From the NCBI GenBank assembly GCA_039809385.1, contig JBDHUY010000001.1, positions 1-64,000 of the forward strand: a stretch of 64,000 bases of DNA. Direction: 5' to 3'. The position numbers and the translations under genes were made by a program. This document shows, one piece after another, positions 37,728 to 48,079 of this stretch (the first letter of the stretch is position 1; every line of letters starts with the position of its first letter). Below the pieces are notes generated by a model, which had not been told where the DNA came from, did no database searches, and saw nothing but the letters and a program-made list of their open reading frames with translations. Source of the DNA: Candidatus Altimarinota bacterium (GTDB lineage Bacteria > Patescibacteriota > Gracilibacteria > JBDHUY01).

Positions 37728-38447
37728 CTAGCGGGAAACATCGGAATCAGAAGCCACTTGCAATAATGGAATAATAACGGACAAAACCGATGGGTCGTTG
37801 CCGATGAAATCGCGCAGCGCCTCGTTCATGTTTGGCAATGTCACAACATGAAAATATAACGTACGTAACAAATGGATGGTGCCGAGCATGACCACCAGGG
37901 AAGGCATTGTATGCGATACGGCGTTAGAGAATTCCTCGCCGGATACCTCAATGAAAAGAACACAGGCAACCATGTGCATAAATCCAAGAGACAAATTTCC
38001 CACCTTACACCAATAATTCGCGGCAACCTCAAAGCCGTATTCCGCGCAAAAACGTACAAAAGATTCATCGTGAAAACGCAAATTCTGATAGATACGCTTA
38101 TATACCTCCAGGCGATCAACCTTCCCATTCAGATAATATGGCAGTTCGTTCAAAACCGCTTGGACTTGTTTAGTATACAGAGACTCGGCATGCCGCAGAT
38201 ATGAAACTCGAACTTCTGAAATCCGGCCAGAAGTACAGGAGATGTGTTGAAGAAGAGTCACAAAACGATTCCGCAGGGAAAAGAAGAGAGGCAAAAGATC
38301 CGCTTTTCGGGTTAACAAAGATTCGCGAGCTAGAACCGAAGCAAAACGTCCTTCAAACAATGCCGCGTGTGAAGAGAGATCCTCTACCACCCGGAGGTCA
38401 TCGTCAGATTCCGAAAAACGTTCGGGCGACAAGACCGGAAAATCCAT
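37728..38447 (-). CDS. Hypothetical membrane protein
   Basis: ORF from MDFPVLSPE with two C-terminal hydrophobic segments. Confidence 0.55.
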   Translation of the reverse strand: MDFPVLSPERFSESDDDLRVVEDLSSHAALFEGRFASVLARESLLTRKADLLPLFFSLRNRFVTLLQHISCTSGRISEVRVSYLRHAESLYTKQVQAVLNELPYYLNGKVDRLEVYKRIYQNLRFHDESFVRFCAEYGFEVAANYWCKVGNLSLGFMHMVACVLFIEVSGEEFSNAVSHTMPSLVVMLGTIHLLRTLYFHVVTLPNMNEALRDFIGNDPSVLSVIIPLLQVASDSDVSR

Positions 38448-38599
38448 AGACAAATGATATGGTACGGCAAGAGTGTACTGTACCCAAAAAATTCCGTGAA
38501 GCGAAAAATCAGCAAAATTGCTCGCCTTGGGGCAAAAAATATTTATAATAAGACCGATTTGGTTCCCGTTTATTTTCACGATTATCTTTAAAAAACTGT

Positions 38600-40090
38600 A
38601 TGACCACCGACCGAGACGAACGCAGCGTGCGCATCGCAAAAATGCAGAAACTGCGCGAAAACGGCATCAATCCCTATCCGGAAAAATTCGATAAAACGCA
38701 TACGTTAGCCGAGTGTCCGGGACTTCCCGAAGGCACTCCCGTCAAAATCGCCGGACGGATCGTGTTATCGCGGGACATGGGCAAAATCATCTTTGCCCAT
38801 CTGCTCGACGAAACCGGCAAACTACAGATCGCCCTCAGCATCGACCACAGCGGTCAGGAACAGCTGGATTTTTTTCTGACCTACTTCGATCTGGGCGATT
38901 TCATCGGGGTCGAGGGCGAACGATTCACCACCAAAAAAGGCGAAGCCTCGATTCTGGTAAAAAAAGTAACTTTTCTGGGAAAAGCGCTGCGTCCGCTTCC
39001 CGAGAAATTTCACGGCCTGCAGGATAAAGAAACCAAATATCGCCAGCGGTATCTTGATTTGATCACCGACGACGAAACCCGCCGGCGGTTTCAGTTTCGC
39101 GGCCGCTTTATCAAAGCGCTGCGCGATTTCTACGAACAGGAAGGTTTTGTGGAAGTAGAAACCAGCATCTTGTGCAACTCCCCTAGCGGTGCTCTTGCCA
39201 AGCCGTTTTCCACGCATCATAACAGTCTCGATCTGGATGTTTTCTTACGCATTGCCCTGGAAATCCCGCTGAAAGAACTCGTGATCGGCGGTTACGAAAA
39301 AGTCTTCGAGATTGGTAAATGTTTCCGCAACGAAGGCATGGATCCCTCGCATCTGCAGGAGTTTACCATGCTGGAACACTATGCGGCCTACTGGAACTAT
39401 GAAGATAACATGCGTTTTACCGAAAAGATGTTCGCCTACCTGCTCGAGAAAGTGACCGGGAGTCTAAAAGTGATGATCCCCGATCACGACGGCAATCTGA
39501 AAGAGGTCGATTTTACGCCCCCCTGGCCGATCGTGACTATGCGCGATCTGATCAAAACCGATAGCGGTATCGATATCAACGAGATCGAGAATGTCGAAGC
39601 GCTGCGAAGGGTTATCCGGGAAAAAGGGATCGACGTGGAAGAGATGGGAAACCTGGAATACGGCAACCTGGTCGACAGTTTGTACAAAAAAGTTTCGCGC
39701 CCCAAACTGGTCGGGCCTATGTTTATGATCGGGCATCCGATCGAGCTCTCGCCCTTGGCACGCAAAAATGATGATAATCCGCGCATCGTAGACCGTTTTC
39801 AACTCGTGGTGAACGGCTGGGAGATCGTGAATGCGTACAGCGAGCTGGTCGATCCGATCGACCAGGAAGAGCGTTTTGACCAGCAGTCTAAGGCCCGCGA
39901 AGGCGGCGACGCCGAAGCGCATGTCAAAGATAGTGACTACGTCAAAGCGATGGAATACGGTATGCCACCGATCTCTGGCTGGGGCATGGGCATCGACCGG
40001 ATCGTAGCACTGCTGACCCAGCAGGGAAATTTGCGCGATGTGGTTCTGTTTCCGCTGCTGAGACCGTTACAGGAAGAAGAGGAGGGATAA
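38600..40090 (+). CDS. lysS: Lysyl-tRNA synthetase (class II)
   Basis: YRQRYLDL, GA.AKPF.THHN, FRNEG.D.SH..EFTMLE, ELVDPIDQ, MEYGMPP. Confidence 0.98.
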   Translation: MTTDRDERSVRIAKMQKLRENGINPYPEKFDKTHTLAECPGLPEGTPVKIAGRIVLSRDMGKIIFAHLLDETGKLQIALSIDHSGQEQLDFFLTYFDLGDFIGVEGERFTTKKGEASILVKKVTFLGKALRPLPEKFHGLQDKETKYRQRYLDLITDDETRRRFQFRGRFIKALRDFYEQEGFVEVETSILCNSPSGALAKPFSTHHNSLDLDVFLRIALEIPLKELVIGGYEKVFEIGKCFRNEGMDPSHLQEFTMLEHYAAYWNYEDNMRFTEKMFAYLLEKVTGSLKVMIPDHDGNLKEVDFTPPWPIVTMRDLIKTDSGIDINEIENVEALRRVIREKGIDVEEMGNLEYGNLVDSLYKKVSRPKLVGPMFMIGHPIELSPLARKNDDNPRIVDRFQLVVNGWEIVNAYSELVDPIDQEERFDQQSKAREGGDAEAHVKDSDYVKAMEYGMPPISGWGMGIDRIVALLTQQGNLRDVVLFPLLRPLQEEEEG

Positions 40091-40309
40091 CAATGTTTCT
40101 ATTGATTGATTTAATGAAATGATGAGAGAGCAGGTTTTTGAAAACCTGTTCTCTGCATTTACTAGACCGGGAGTTCTACTACTTGCGCTGAACAATCTTA
40201 TAGACACTCTAGCTCTCGATCCGAATCCAATTTTTTGTAAGGAAAAGAGGAGCAACTAACGTGTGTAGTGCTCCTCAGTTTATCATCTCAGTGAGGATAG
40301 TTTACTTTT

Positions 40310-40711
40310 TTATAGGAATTTGGGGCGAAGAGTAGCTACTGGAGTATTTAAGTAGCTTATTAGCTCATCAACGGTACCAACAGGGATGTCAGCATATTCG
40401 ATGTTTATTATAAAGGGCCTAGAGTCAGTAACGTTTACAAGGAAAACGTTACTTGTAGTTAGCTGAAAGTCATTATCTTCTTGTACGTTATTAGTTAGGG
40501 ATTGAACCTGTGCTATGGACAAATCATATGGCTCCAAAGTTATCCTAGGACAACTTGTAGAAGTTCCTTTAAAGGAAATTACAAAAAGGTTTCCTCCTAC
40601 ATCAAATCTCGCTTCGGTCAAAACCAAATTGAGATTGTGATATTTGATATTCAGAATTTGTCGCAAAGCATTTAAGACATGTGCACAAACAATAAACATG
40701 AGACTCTCCAT
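40310..40711 (-). CDS. Hypothetical protein (AT-rich)
   Basis: 133-aa ORF, no motif. Confidence 0.5.
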   Translation of the reverse strand: MESLMFIVCAHVLNALRQILNIKYHNLNLVLTEARFDVGGNLFVISFKGTSTSCPRITLEPYDLSIAQVQSLTNNVQEDNDFQLTTSNVFLVNVTDSRPFIINIEYADIPVGTVDELISYLNTPVATLRPKFL

Positions 40712-40920
40712 ATTTTTTTAAAGTATTATCTCCTCATAGGGAGATGACCCCAGTACAAAAGTAAGCTGCCAGATTAAGGATACTCAATCGACAACAGACA
40801 GAAATTATACCGGGATAACTCCCTATGCTGAAACCAATTGTCAAAGAACGACAGATATATATCTGCTGTAGTATTCCCTACAGTATCTCCGTAGCAAATA
40901 GGCTAGCCTTCAATATCGAC

Positions 40921-41754
40921 CTACGCTCGTTTCAGAACTTTCCCGAGCAAGGCGAAAAAGGCTGAAACATATTCTCCGAAAGACTTTTTCGCTTTTCCCA
41001 AATAATCAACTTTTACCTGAAAAGTAACGTGATGTTCGCTATATTCATTTGCGATTACCTTCACGCCGACAATCTTTCCATCCGAAAGTTGAATTTTCTT
41101 ATCAATATCACTTTTCGCATATCCGAAATCTATAGAAACGTTATCCAAAATGAGGGGGCCCGAAAGGACTGTAAACTCTACAGAACGGTTTTGAGCATTC
41201 AGAGTATGTTCCTCACTCCCACAGCGAATTTTTACACTACTACGATCAAAGGTTTCAACCGTTTCCGACTGTTTGGAAGCAACATTTGATGGAAGATTCG
41301 GTTGGTTTGAAGGAGCAGCCGGAGTCGAGGCGCTCGGCTGAGAAGGTCTTTCCGAAACAGTATTACCTGGATTTGAAGCGAGCTGATTATTTCTAAGCTC
41401 TTCTTCTTGTCGCTGTCTTACACCCGCCAGAATTTCACCTATAGGAAGAGCATCCACCGATGTTTTATTTCCTTGTCCCCCTTCCAGTCCCGGGAGGGGT
41501 GCAGTCTCATTACCTCTAGAAGTATCTACTGTATCCTTCAGTCTCATCCGTTCAGCTTCAATAGCCTCGGCAATCTCAGATGAATTTAATTCATTAACCG
41601 ATGTCCGATTGGCGTCATCACCTTCTAATCCAGGTAATTGGCTTGTCTCTCGGGACGTTCCCACCAAGTTCTGCGTTCCCTTGTCACCCTGCCCCGGCTC
41701 TTGCGATAAATCCCTTTCTGGTCCTTTTCTAAATCCTGCTGCCATATGATACAT
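40921..41754 (-). CDS. Hypothetical protein with internal duplicated motif
   Basis: 277-aa ORF; TSR..ET..LPGLEG...N.TSV..L...EI occurs twice. Confidence 0.65.
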   Translation of the reverse strand: MYHMAAGFRKGPERDLSQEPGQGDKGTQNLVGTSRETSQLPGLEGDDANRTSVNELNSSEIAEAIEAERMRLKDTVDTSRGNETAPLPGLEGGQGNKTSVDALPIGEILAGVRQRQEEELRNNQLASNPGNTVSERPSQPSASTPAAPSNQPNLPSNVASKQSETVETFDRSSVKIRCGSEEHTLNAQNRSVEFTVLSGPLILDNVSIDFGYAKSDIDKKIQLSDGKIVGVKVIANEYSEHHVTFQVKVDYLGKAKKSFGEYVSAFFALLGKVLKRA

Positions 41755-41932
41755 ATAAGAATAAAATGTCTCATCCTGAAATCGTAAACCGTACTTTACA
41801 TAACCGGACGAGACCAGAATATACTCGCCACCGCAGAGATTGTAAAGAGTACTTTACGATTTGTGAGAAAAATCACGACAGCTAACAACCCTCCTCATAC
41901 TCGAGCGGGTTTAAAGATCGCAAAAAAGAAAA

Positions 41933-42163
41933 TCAGCTTTCCACTTCGACTGCTTTATTTTCAGATTCGGAAATTGTCCCGGTTGGGTTATTCCAGAATA
42001 AAAGCTGATTCACTTTTTCCACAACGGCATCCACCACCCCAAACGTGCAAAAGATCAAAGCGCCGTACGCTACCTCATATACCTCCTCGATCCGATCAGC
42101 CATTCTCGGCTGCCGCGCAGAGGGAATAAAATATTCAGAATGTTCAATTTTTTCCAAAGCCAT
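41933..42163 (-). CDS. Small hypothetical protein
   Basis: 76-aa ORF with one hydrophobic segment, downstream of murA. Confidence 0.4.
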   Translation of the reverse strand: MALEKIEHSEYFIPSARQPRMADRIEEVYEVAYGALIFCTFGVVDAVVEKVNQLLFWNNPTGTISESENKAVEVES

Positions 42164-42249
42164 ATGTTATAGAAACATCAAAAAAACAATATGCATCTTT
42201 CTCTATCCCCATTCATAATTCATAATTAATCCTTCATAATTTGTATCCG

Positions 42250-43512
42250 CTACTCTACCCGCCGGATATGCGCCCCCAAGGCGCGCAGTTTTTCTTCAAA
42301 CCGCTCGTAGCCCCGGTCGATATACAGCACGTTACTGATCTCTGTCTCGCCTTTGGCCATCAGTGCCGCCAGCACCGTCGCCGTACCGGCGCGCAAGTCC
42401 AGACTCGCCACCGGCACACCTCGCAGTTTGGTCGGACCAACGACGATCGCCTGATGGGGATTCAGGATCTCCACACGAGCTCCCATTTTTTCCAACTCGA
42501 ACAGGTAGTTGAGCCGTCCCTCAAAGAGCGTTTCATGGATCTTCGTAATACCCTCGCACTGGGTCAGCAGTACCGCAAAAGGCGCCTGCAGGTCCGTGGG
42601 AAAACCGGGATAGGTGCGCGATTCGATTTTTTTCAGAGCGGAAAGATGTTCGGAAGGGAAAACGGTGGTACGATCCTCGCCCACGTCAAACCGTACGCCG
42701 ATCTCTTCGAGTTTCTGGAAAAAAGCGTCCAGGTGAGAAGGATCGAAATGAGTCACGGTAACGGTTCCGCCGGTGAGAATTCCGGCCAGGAGAAACGTCC
42801 CGGCCTCCAGGTAATCGGAAACGACGGTATGTTCTATCTCGCCGTTCAGTTGCGCAACTCCGTTGATGGTCAGGTTGTGGGTCCCGACACCTTCGATACG
42901 TGCGCCGGCTTGGTTTAAAAAACGACACAAATCTTCTACGTGCGGTTCGCAGGCGGCCAGGCGAATATGCGTGGTGCCTTGGGCCAGAACCGCGGCCATG
43001 ACGGCATTTTCGGTCCCCGTGACCGAGATTTCGGACATGATGATTTTGTTGCCGGTGAGTCCCTGGGGAGCGCTCACGCGAATCGCCTGCTCTTCTTCGG
43101 TCGTAACTGCGCCCAGTTTGGCAAAGGCGTTCAGATGGCTGTCGATCGGTCGTTTACCGATCACGCAGCCGCCGGGCATGGTGAGCGTCACTGCTCCGAA
43201 GCGCCCCAGCAGCGGGCCGGCGAAGAGCAGAGAAGCGCGCATCTTGCGGGCTTTTTCAGACATGAGATCGGTGGAGTTGACGGCGCTGCAATCGATCGTG
43301 GCTGTATTATTTTCAAACTCGACCGTCGCCCCCAGATGCCGGAGCAGATCGAGCGTCGTTTTCACGTCTTCGATATCGGGGACATTGGTCAGCACCACCT
43401 TCCCCTTGATCAGCAGCGTCGCGCAGAGAATCGGCAACGCCGCGTTTTTGCTTCCTGAAATGGCTACTTCGCCATTCAACACATGACCGCCCTCGACCAG
43501 AAATTTGCTCAT
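42250..43512 (-). CDS. murA: UDP-N-acetylglucosamine 1-carboxyvinyltransferase
   Basis: SGSKNAALP, MRAS, PGGCVIG.RP (catalytic Cys), YPGFPTDLQ, DLRAG. Confidence 0.98.
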   Translation of the reverse strand: MSKFLVEGGHVLNGEVAISGSKNAALPILCATLLIKGKVVLTNVPDIEDVKTTLDLLRHLGATVEFENNTATIDCSAVNSTDLMSEKARKMRASLLFAGPLLGRFGAVTLTMPGGCVIGKRPIDSHLNAFAKLGAVTTEEEQAIRVSAPQGLTGNKIIMSEISVTGTENAVMAAVLAQGTTHIRLAACEPHVEDLCRFLNQAGARIEGVGTHNLTINGVAQLNGEIEHTVVSDYLEAGTFLLAGILTGGTVTVTHFDPSHLDAFFQKLEEIGVRFDVGEDRTTVFPSEHLSALKKIESRTYPGFPTDLQAPFAVLLTQCEGITKIHETLFEGRLNYLFELEKMGARVEILNPHQAIVVGPTKLRGVPVASLDLRAGTATVLAALMAKGETEISNVLYIDRGYERFEEKLRALGAHIRRVE

Positions 43513-43587
43513 AGAAAAAAGAGTTACTACCCAAACGGGGGTATTGTAGGGAAAGTGGGGGGAGAAAACAAGAGCGTTATGGATGGC

Positions 43588-45425
43588 TTATGATTTGAAG
43601 TTTTTATGCAGTGAAACAATATTCAAATCGGCATTCAACGTGATTTTTAAAAAGAAATCCGATTCTTTTCCTACGCAACTGATTTCAAAATCTTTGCCTG
43701 TACGTTGTTGAACAAGCTTTATAAGAGGCAGGACGATTTTGCCCTGCATTTCATTTTTGCTTATAGAGTAAGCGGAACGAGGTAAGTCACGGTTACGTAT
43801 CTCATGTTGATCATTTTCAAGTAAGGCATTGAGCAAGGTCACGGTAGCCGTTTGGGAGTGTAGATCTTTACTGGAAACAGATTCACCGGCAATATACATT
43901 TTTTGATCAATCGTATCGAGAACGATATCACATTTCTTTTTTAAAGCTGCTACTTTGTCCAGAGAAATGAGGCTAGAACTTTTTTGATGCATTTCAAACG
44001 TGACAGCTCGCACAGATACGGAATTTACGAATCGTGAAAGGATATTTTCCTCGACATGCTGTTCAACGACGACGCCATCCGAACCGTAACCGTCCTTCCA
44101 ACTGAGATACGTCACATAGCTCTCTGGAAATTCTTCCTGTAGCCGTGGTTCTAGATTTTCAATCGTAGTTCTTTTCGTATTGGTAGGAGTCACAATACCA
44201 ATTGAGCCGCCCAGAGACATATCTTGAAGAGAAAAAACGGCATAGTTAGGGAGAGAACCTCGGATAGATAGAAAATCGATTATTCTGTTTATAAAATCTG
44301 AAAAATATGTTGTTTGCAAAGGGCCACCTGTAAGAGTGAAGTGTCTTTTTTCATTAGTTCGATAAACATCATAACCTGAGTTTCATTATATCCATTCATC
44401 AAGATCTTATGTAGCTGGTCAAATATGAGGAGTGAGGCTATACTTGATACCTCAACTATTCTTTTATGTAAACTTTCCGGTGACATAACCAGATTTTCAA
44501 AAAACTCAGGGACAACTTTCTTAGCCTGAATGTCTTTTTCAAAAAAGTCCCGGACTACGGAATTTAACTTTTCTAAAGTATCATCATAGTGAACTGTTTT
44601 TTGACTTTTAAATTTATTTATTAAGCCTTTACCGGAAAAAATTATAGCCACATCTATTGGCCATAGTATATTTCCGTCTATATCTGGAAATAAATCCCTA
44701 GAATCATACCCCAGGCAAGATACATCTTGTATTGCATGAAAATTCTCTTTATACAAATCATAATCTACATTCGTTACCGTCTTATCGGGCAGATAAATGA
44801 TAGGATACCCACTGGAAGCCAAACCAGAAAAAGCTCCTCCACCCCAAGTAATCCCTCGGGCAATAATATGATTAATTTTCCACGCTAAGAGAAAAACGTT
44901 TTGAAACTCCTGATCACTAGATTCAAGAAGAAATTTGGGAGAAAATGTTTTCCACTCACGGAGTTGATCTGTCTTTTGAGTTCCAAAAAACAAGCCTAAT
45001 ACTACGGACAAGCCCGCAGAGAAGGCACCTTGATGATTCAAGTCATGATCAAATGGAAGCTCTGCTAAGCAATGAATCAAAGCACCTTTACGATTCAAAG
45101 ACTTTGCGTTCTTAAAATAGGCGGTTAGATAATGTACGAGTTCCTCAACTTCAAGAATATATTGGGAAATAGATTCGCTAATAAATTTATTCTGAAGAAA
45201 AGAAAATACAGGGGTAGTTCCGAATTCGATCTTGCCAGTCTCGGTATATTCAATTCCAAGATATATCTTAAGGGGTAATTTTTGTTTAATAACAATTCCC
45301 TTATAATAAACACTATTTGCCGTCATCCAGTCGAACATGAGAGGGCAAGAGACCACAATCGAACACTTAGAGAAAAACTCCTGATACGCTTCACTATAAT
45401 TTTGATGAAGGTAGCTACTATTCAT
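43588..45425 (-). pseudogene. Frameshifted GHMP-kinase-like protein with a C-terminal HTH-like domain (ORFs 44289-45425 and 43588-44319)
   Basis: Two overlapping ORFs joined by adding one base in the A6 run at 44346-44351; weak GHMP-like layout (IKQKLPLKIY.G, ELP..H.L...GAFS, SLGGS). Confidence 0.55.
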
Positions 45426-45496
45426 AGTTCTATTTTATCTATAGATGATCATAATTGCACTAAATTCAATATTGCAAAAAATAGAAACAGCCTCGA

Positions 45497-46195
45497 TTAA
45501 TCACTCTCACTGTAAGCAATTGCACAGACCTTTCTCGCAAGGATATCCAGTGAGTCATACAAAAGGACAGAAAACATATGATTATTTAAAACCAAAGGAA
45601 GCTCAGTACAACCTAAAACGATACCTTCAGCACCAGAAGCCACCAATTGATCCACAAGCTGATTCAAAAACCGCTTTTGTTCTTCTGTTATAGTACCCGC
45701 TATAATCGACATAATCACCTGTGACAGGATTTTTCGTTCCGATACTGAAGGTATGAGACTCATTATTCCGTTTTTGCCCAAAGTCTCTTGATATATTCCT
45801 GATTCCAAAAGAGTATTGGATCCAAGTATACCGACTTTATGCTTTTTGTCATTGACAATCTGTTCTGCAACAGAATCAATGATTGATAAAAATGGGATGG
45901 AAACGTCCTTAGTATATTCGGACAAAAAAAGATGCATCGTATTGCATACTAGTGTCAAAATATCTGCTCCCGCATTTTGCAGTGCTTTAGCTTCACAGGT
46001 CACCATATCAACAGCTATATTTTGAGCCCCATTATCAGAAATCAAATCGGGAACCGGAAGATTACTGATAATCAAATGTGGAAAATCAGCATTTGCAAAT
46101 GCACAATAAGAACTTTGACTATGAAATAGTACTCGTTCATAAAATTTCAAACTTGCTTGAGGGCCCATTCCACCTAGCACTCCAATCGTTTTCAT
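45497..46195 (-). CDS. Aspartate/glutamate racemase family (RacX/YgeA-like) amino-acid racemase
   Basis: IGVLGGMGP, CNT.H and LGCTELP with both catalytic Cys. Confidence 0.93.
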   Translation of the reverse strand: MKTIGVLGGMGPQASLKFYERVLFHSQSSYCAFANADFPHLIISNLPVPDLISDNGAQNIAVDMVTCEAKALQNAGADILTLVCNTMHLFLSEYTKDVSIPFLSIIDSVAEQIVNDKKHKVGILGSNTLLESGIYQETLGKNGIMSLIPSVSERKILSQVIMSIIAGTITEEQKRFLNQLVDQLVASGAEGIVLGCTELPLVLNNHMFSVLLYDSLDILARKVCAIAYSESD

Positions 46196-46233
46196 AATGA
46201 TACTGTATTAGGGAAATTATAAATAGCTCAGCA

Positions 46234-47244
46234 CTACATATTTGCAGGGTAAATATCAGATAATCGTTCAGGAGTAAGTCCACATGAAATTAATGCTCCA
46301 ATATCATTTCTGATAGGGCCATCTTTTATTACTTGTAATCCATCCTGATATGCCTTCTTAAAGTCGGCATGACAGAATAAATCTCCCTGCGAAGGATAGG
46401 AGTAATAGGTCGGTCTTGAACCGAGTGAAGTGAGCAGAGGAATTATCGGGTGCGAACTACTTGTATCAGCAGCCTGAGACAATAGCTTAAAAAAAGGTTT
46501 TTCTCCTTCACCTCCAATGGGCATAAGTAGCTCAGGGGATGTTGGAAGATTAGAGCTAAAAGGATATTCAGTCGCGACACCACCGTTGTAGACAACATTA
46601 GCCGCAGCATACACATGATATTGATCCCCACTATTAGAATGGCGCGATTCACTGCGATTGAATACGTCGCTCAAAAGATTTTGCTCTATTAAAGATCTAA
46701 TTCTACCAGCCTCCGATAGTATAGTATTGATTAGACCGGCAGGTTGTTCTTGATGAAAAAAACATAAAACATGATCAGCAATATCCGGGTATAGGTCGAA
46801 GATAAAATTCTTAATATAATTTTCCATCTGTTGAGCATATTCTTGAGCTCTTGCGTAATCTAACTTATTCGTTTTGATAATAAAATCCGTTGCTTGATAG
46901 ATCAGGTAGTAGGGGGCTTCGTTGAGTCTTTTCTTAATACCCCTCAATATTTCCAAACCTGGCAGCAAAAGAGCCGGTAGCCGAACAGGCAGATTTGAGC
47001 AATCCTTAGGCAATCCTAAACCGCTGGTAAGGTAAATATTCGAAAGAGTAATTTTCTTATCGACCAACCTACGGGCCATATTATGAAGAATTGCCCCATG
47101 TTGTTCTGAACAAACAAAGCGTAATGGACCAATTGAGCTAAATGGTATTTTACGACCTAAAAGATAGGCTTGGATTTCATTGCCATTTAGTGCACGGTTA
47201 TTTTGTTCTAGATGATAATCAGATTGATTGTTTATAAAATTCAT
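46234..47244 (-). CDS. Hypothetical protein, possible HUP/Rossmann (class Ic aaRS-like) fold
   Basis: 336-aa ORF; YAAANVVY...LMPIGGEGEKPF loosely parallels TrpRS MAADIL...VPVGxDQ. Confidence 0.6.
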   Translation of the reverse strand: MNFINNQSDYHLEQNNRALNGNEIQAYLLGRKIPFSSIGPLRFVCSEQHGAILHNMARRLVDKKITLSNIYLTSGLGLPKDCSNLPVRLPALLLPGLEILRGIKKRLNEAPYYLIYQATDFIIKTNKLDYARAQEYAQQMENYIKNFIFDLYPDIADHVLCFFHQEQPAGLINTILSEAGRIRSLIEQNLLSDVFNRSESRHSNSGDQYHVYAAANVVYNGGVATEYPFSSNLPTSPELLMPIGGEGEKPFFKLLSQAADTSSSHPIIPLLTSLGSRPTYYSYPSQGDLFCHADFKKAYQDGLQVIKDGPIRNDIGALISCGLTPERLSDIYPANM

Positions 47245-47483
47245 AGAAATAAGACAATAATAAGAAGAACTAAATATCTCCTGGTTGCCCAGCAGATATT
47301 GAAAGTTCTTTAGAAAGATTTCAAAAACGATCAGCATCTACTGTGCATGGTTGATTGCTGCCACCAATGGAAAAAAAGTAGCTGAAACGATAAGGAACAA
47401 ATGTACGAATTCATAAAAAGAGGAATCCTTTTTTTCATATATCAAGTGAGTTCATTTTTGCTAGAATAGCAGTTTTCATGAAT

Positions 47484-47750
47484 CTACCTCTTCAACAACC
47501 TCCCCACCACCCCGCTGCCATATTTCAGCTCATGACTCCCACGCGTCACCGTAGCGACTCCGCACTGGAGCCGTTCGGCGATCTCGCGATGAGGAGTCCC
47601 TTGGAGCAGCAAGGAAAAAATCTCGATCCGTTCTGCCACCGCCTCGATCTCCTGCTCCGTCAGCAAATCCTCGACCAGCCCTTTCATCGCCGGTAATGTT
47701 TTAGCCCTAAGCAGCAGCTTAGCCACCTTGGCAGCATCGGAAGATTTCAT
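47484..47750 (-). CDS. TrpR-like (YerC/YecD) repressor
   Basis: DLLT.QEI..VA.R, .REIA..L..GVAT.TRGS..LK. Confidence 0.9.
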   Translation of the reverse strand: MKSSDAAKVAKLLLRAKTLPAMKGLVEDLLTEQEIEAVAERIEIFSLLLQGTPHREIAERLQCGVATVTRGSHELKYGSGVVGRLLKR

Positions 47751-47769
47751 AAAACCGAGGAAAAAGAAC

Positions 47770-47787
47770 GTACTCGTATACTAGTAC
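47770..47787. promoter_or_regulatory. TrpR-type operator GTACTCGTATACTAGTAC overlapping the promoter of the TrpR-like gene
   Basis: 18-bp imperfect palindrome fitting the GTACT-N8-AGTAC Trp-box pattern, about 20 bp upstream of the start; TTGACT -35 on the minus strand at ~47799-47804. Confidence 0.8.
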
Positions 47788-47856
47788 ATAGAACTTCGAA
47801 GTCAAGAAAAATAAAACATTCGGACAGAATGCGGGAACGTTTGGGGGAACCTAGGG

Positions 47857-48058
47857 AATACACAAATGCCTATCCTTTCTGCATTATGAACCTAATAGAC
47901 TTTCGACTGCTTCCTGGGGCAGACACATAGGTCTGCGCCCTACATTGGGGAATGACTGGAAAATACACAAACGCCTACCGCCCCTCCGCTTTATAGACTT
48001 TATGAACTTTACGGACTTTCGACTATTCCCCGGGCAGACACATGGGTCCGCACCCTAC
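47857..48058. repeat. Degenerate tandem duplication, each unit ending in a GTAG-class REP
   Basis: Minus strand GTAGGGCGCAGACCTATGTGTCTGCCCC (47916-47943) and GTAGGGTGCGGACCCATGTGTCTGCCCG (48031-48058); shared AATACACAAA and TTATGAAC..GACTTTCGACT. Confidence 0.8.
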
Positions 48059-48079
48059 TACAGGAACACCTGGGTCCCA

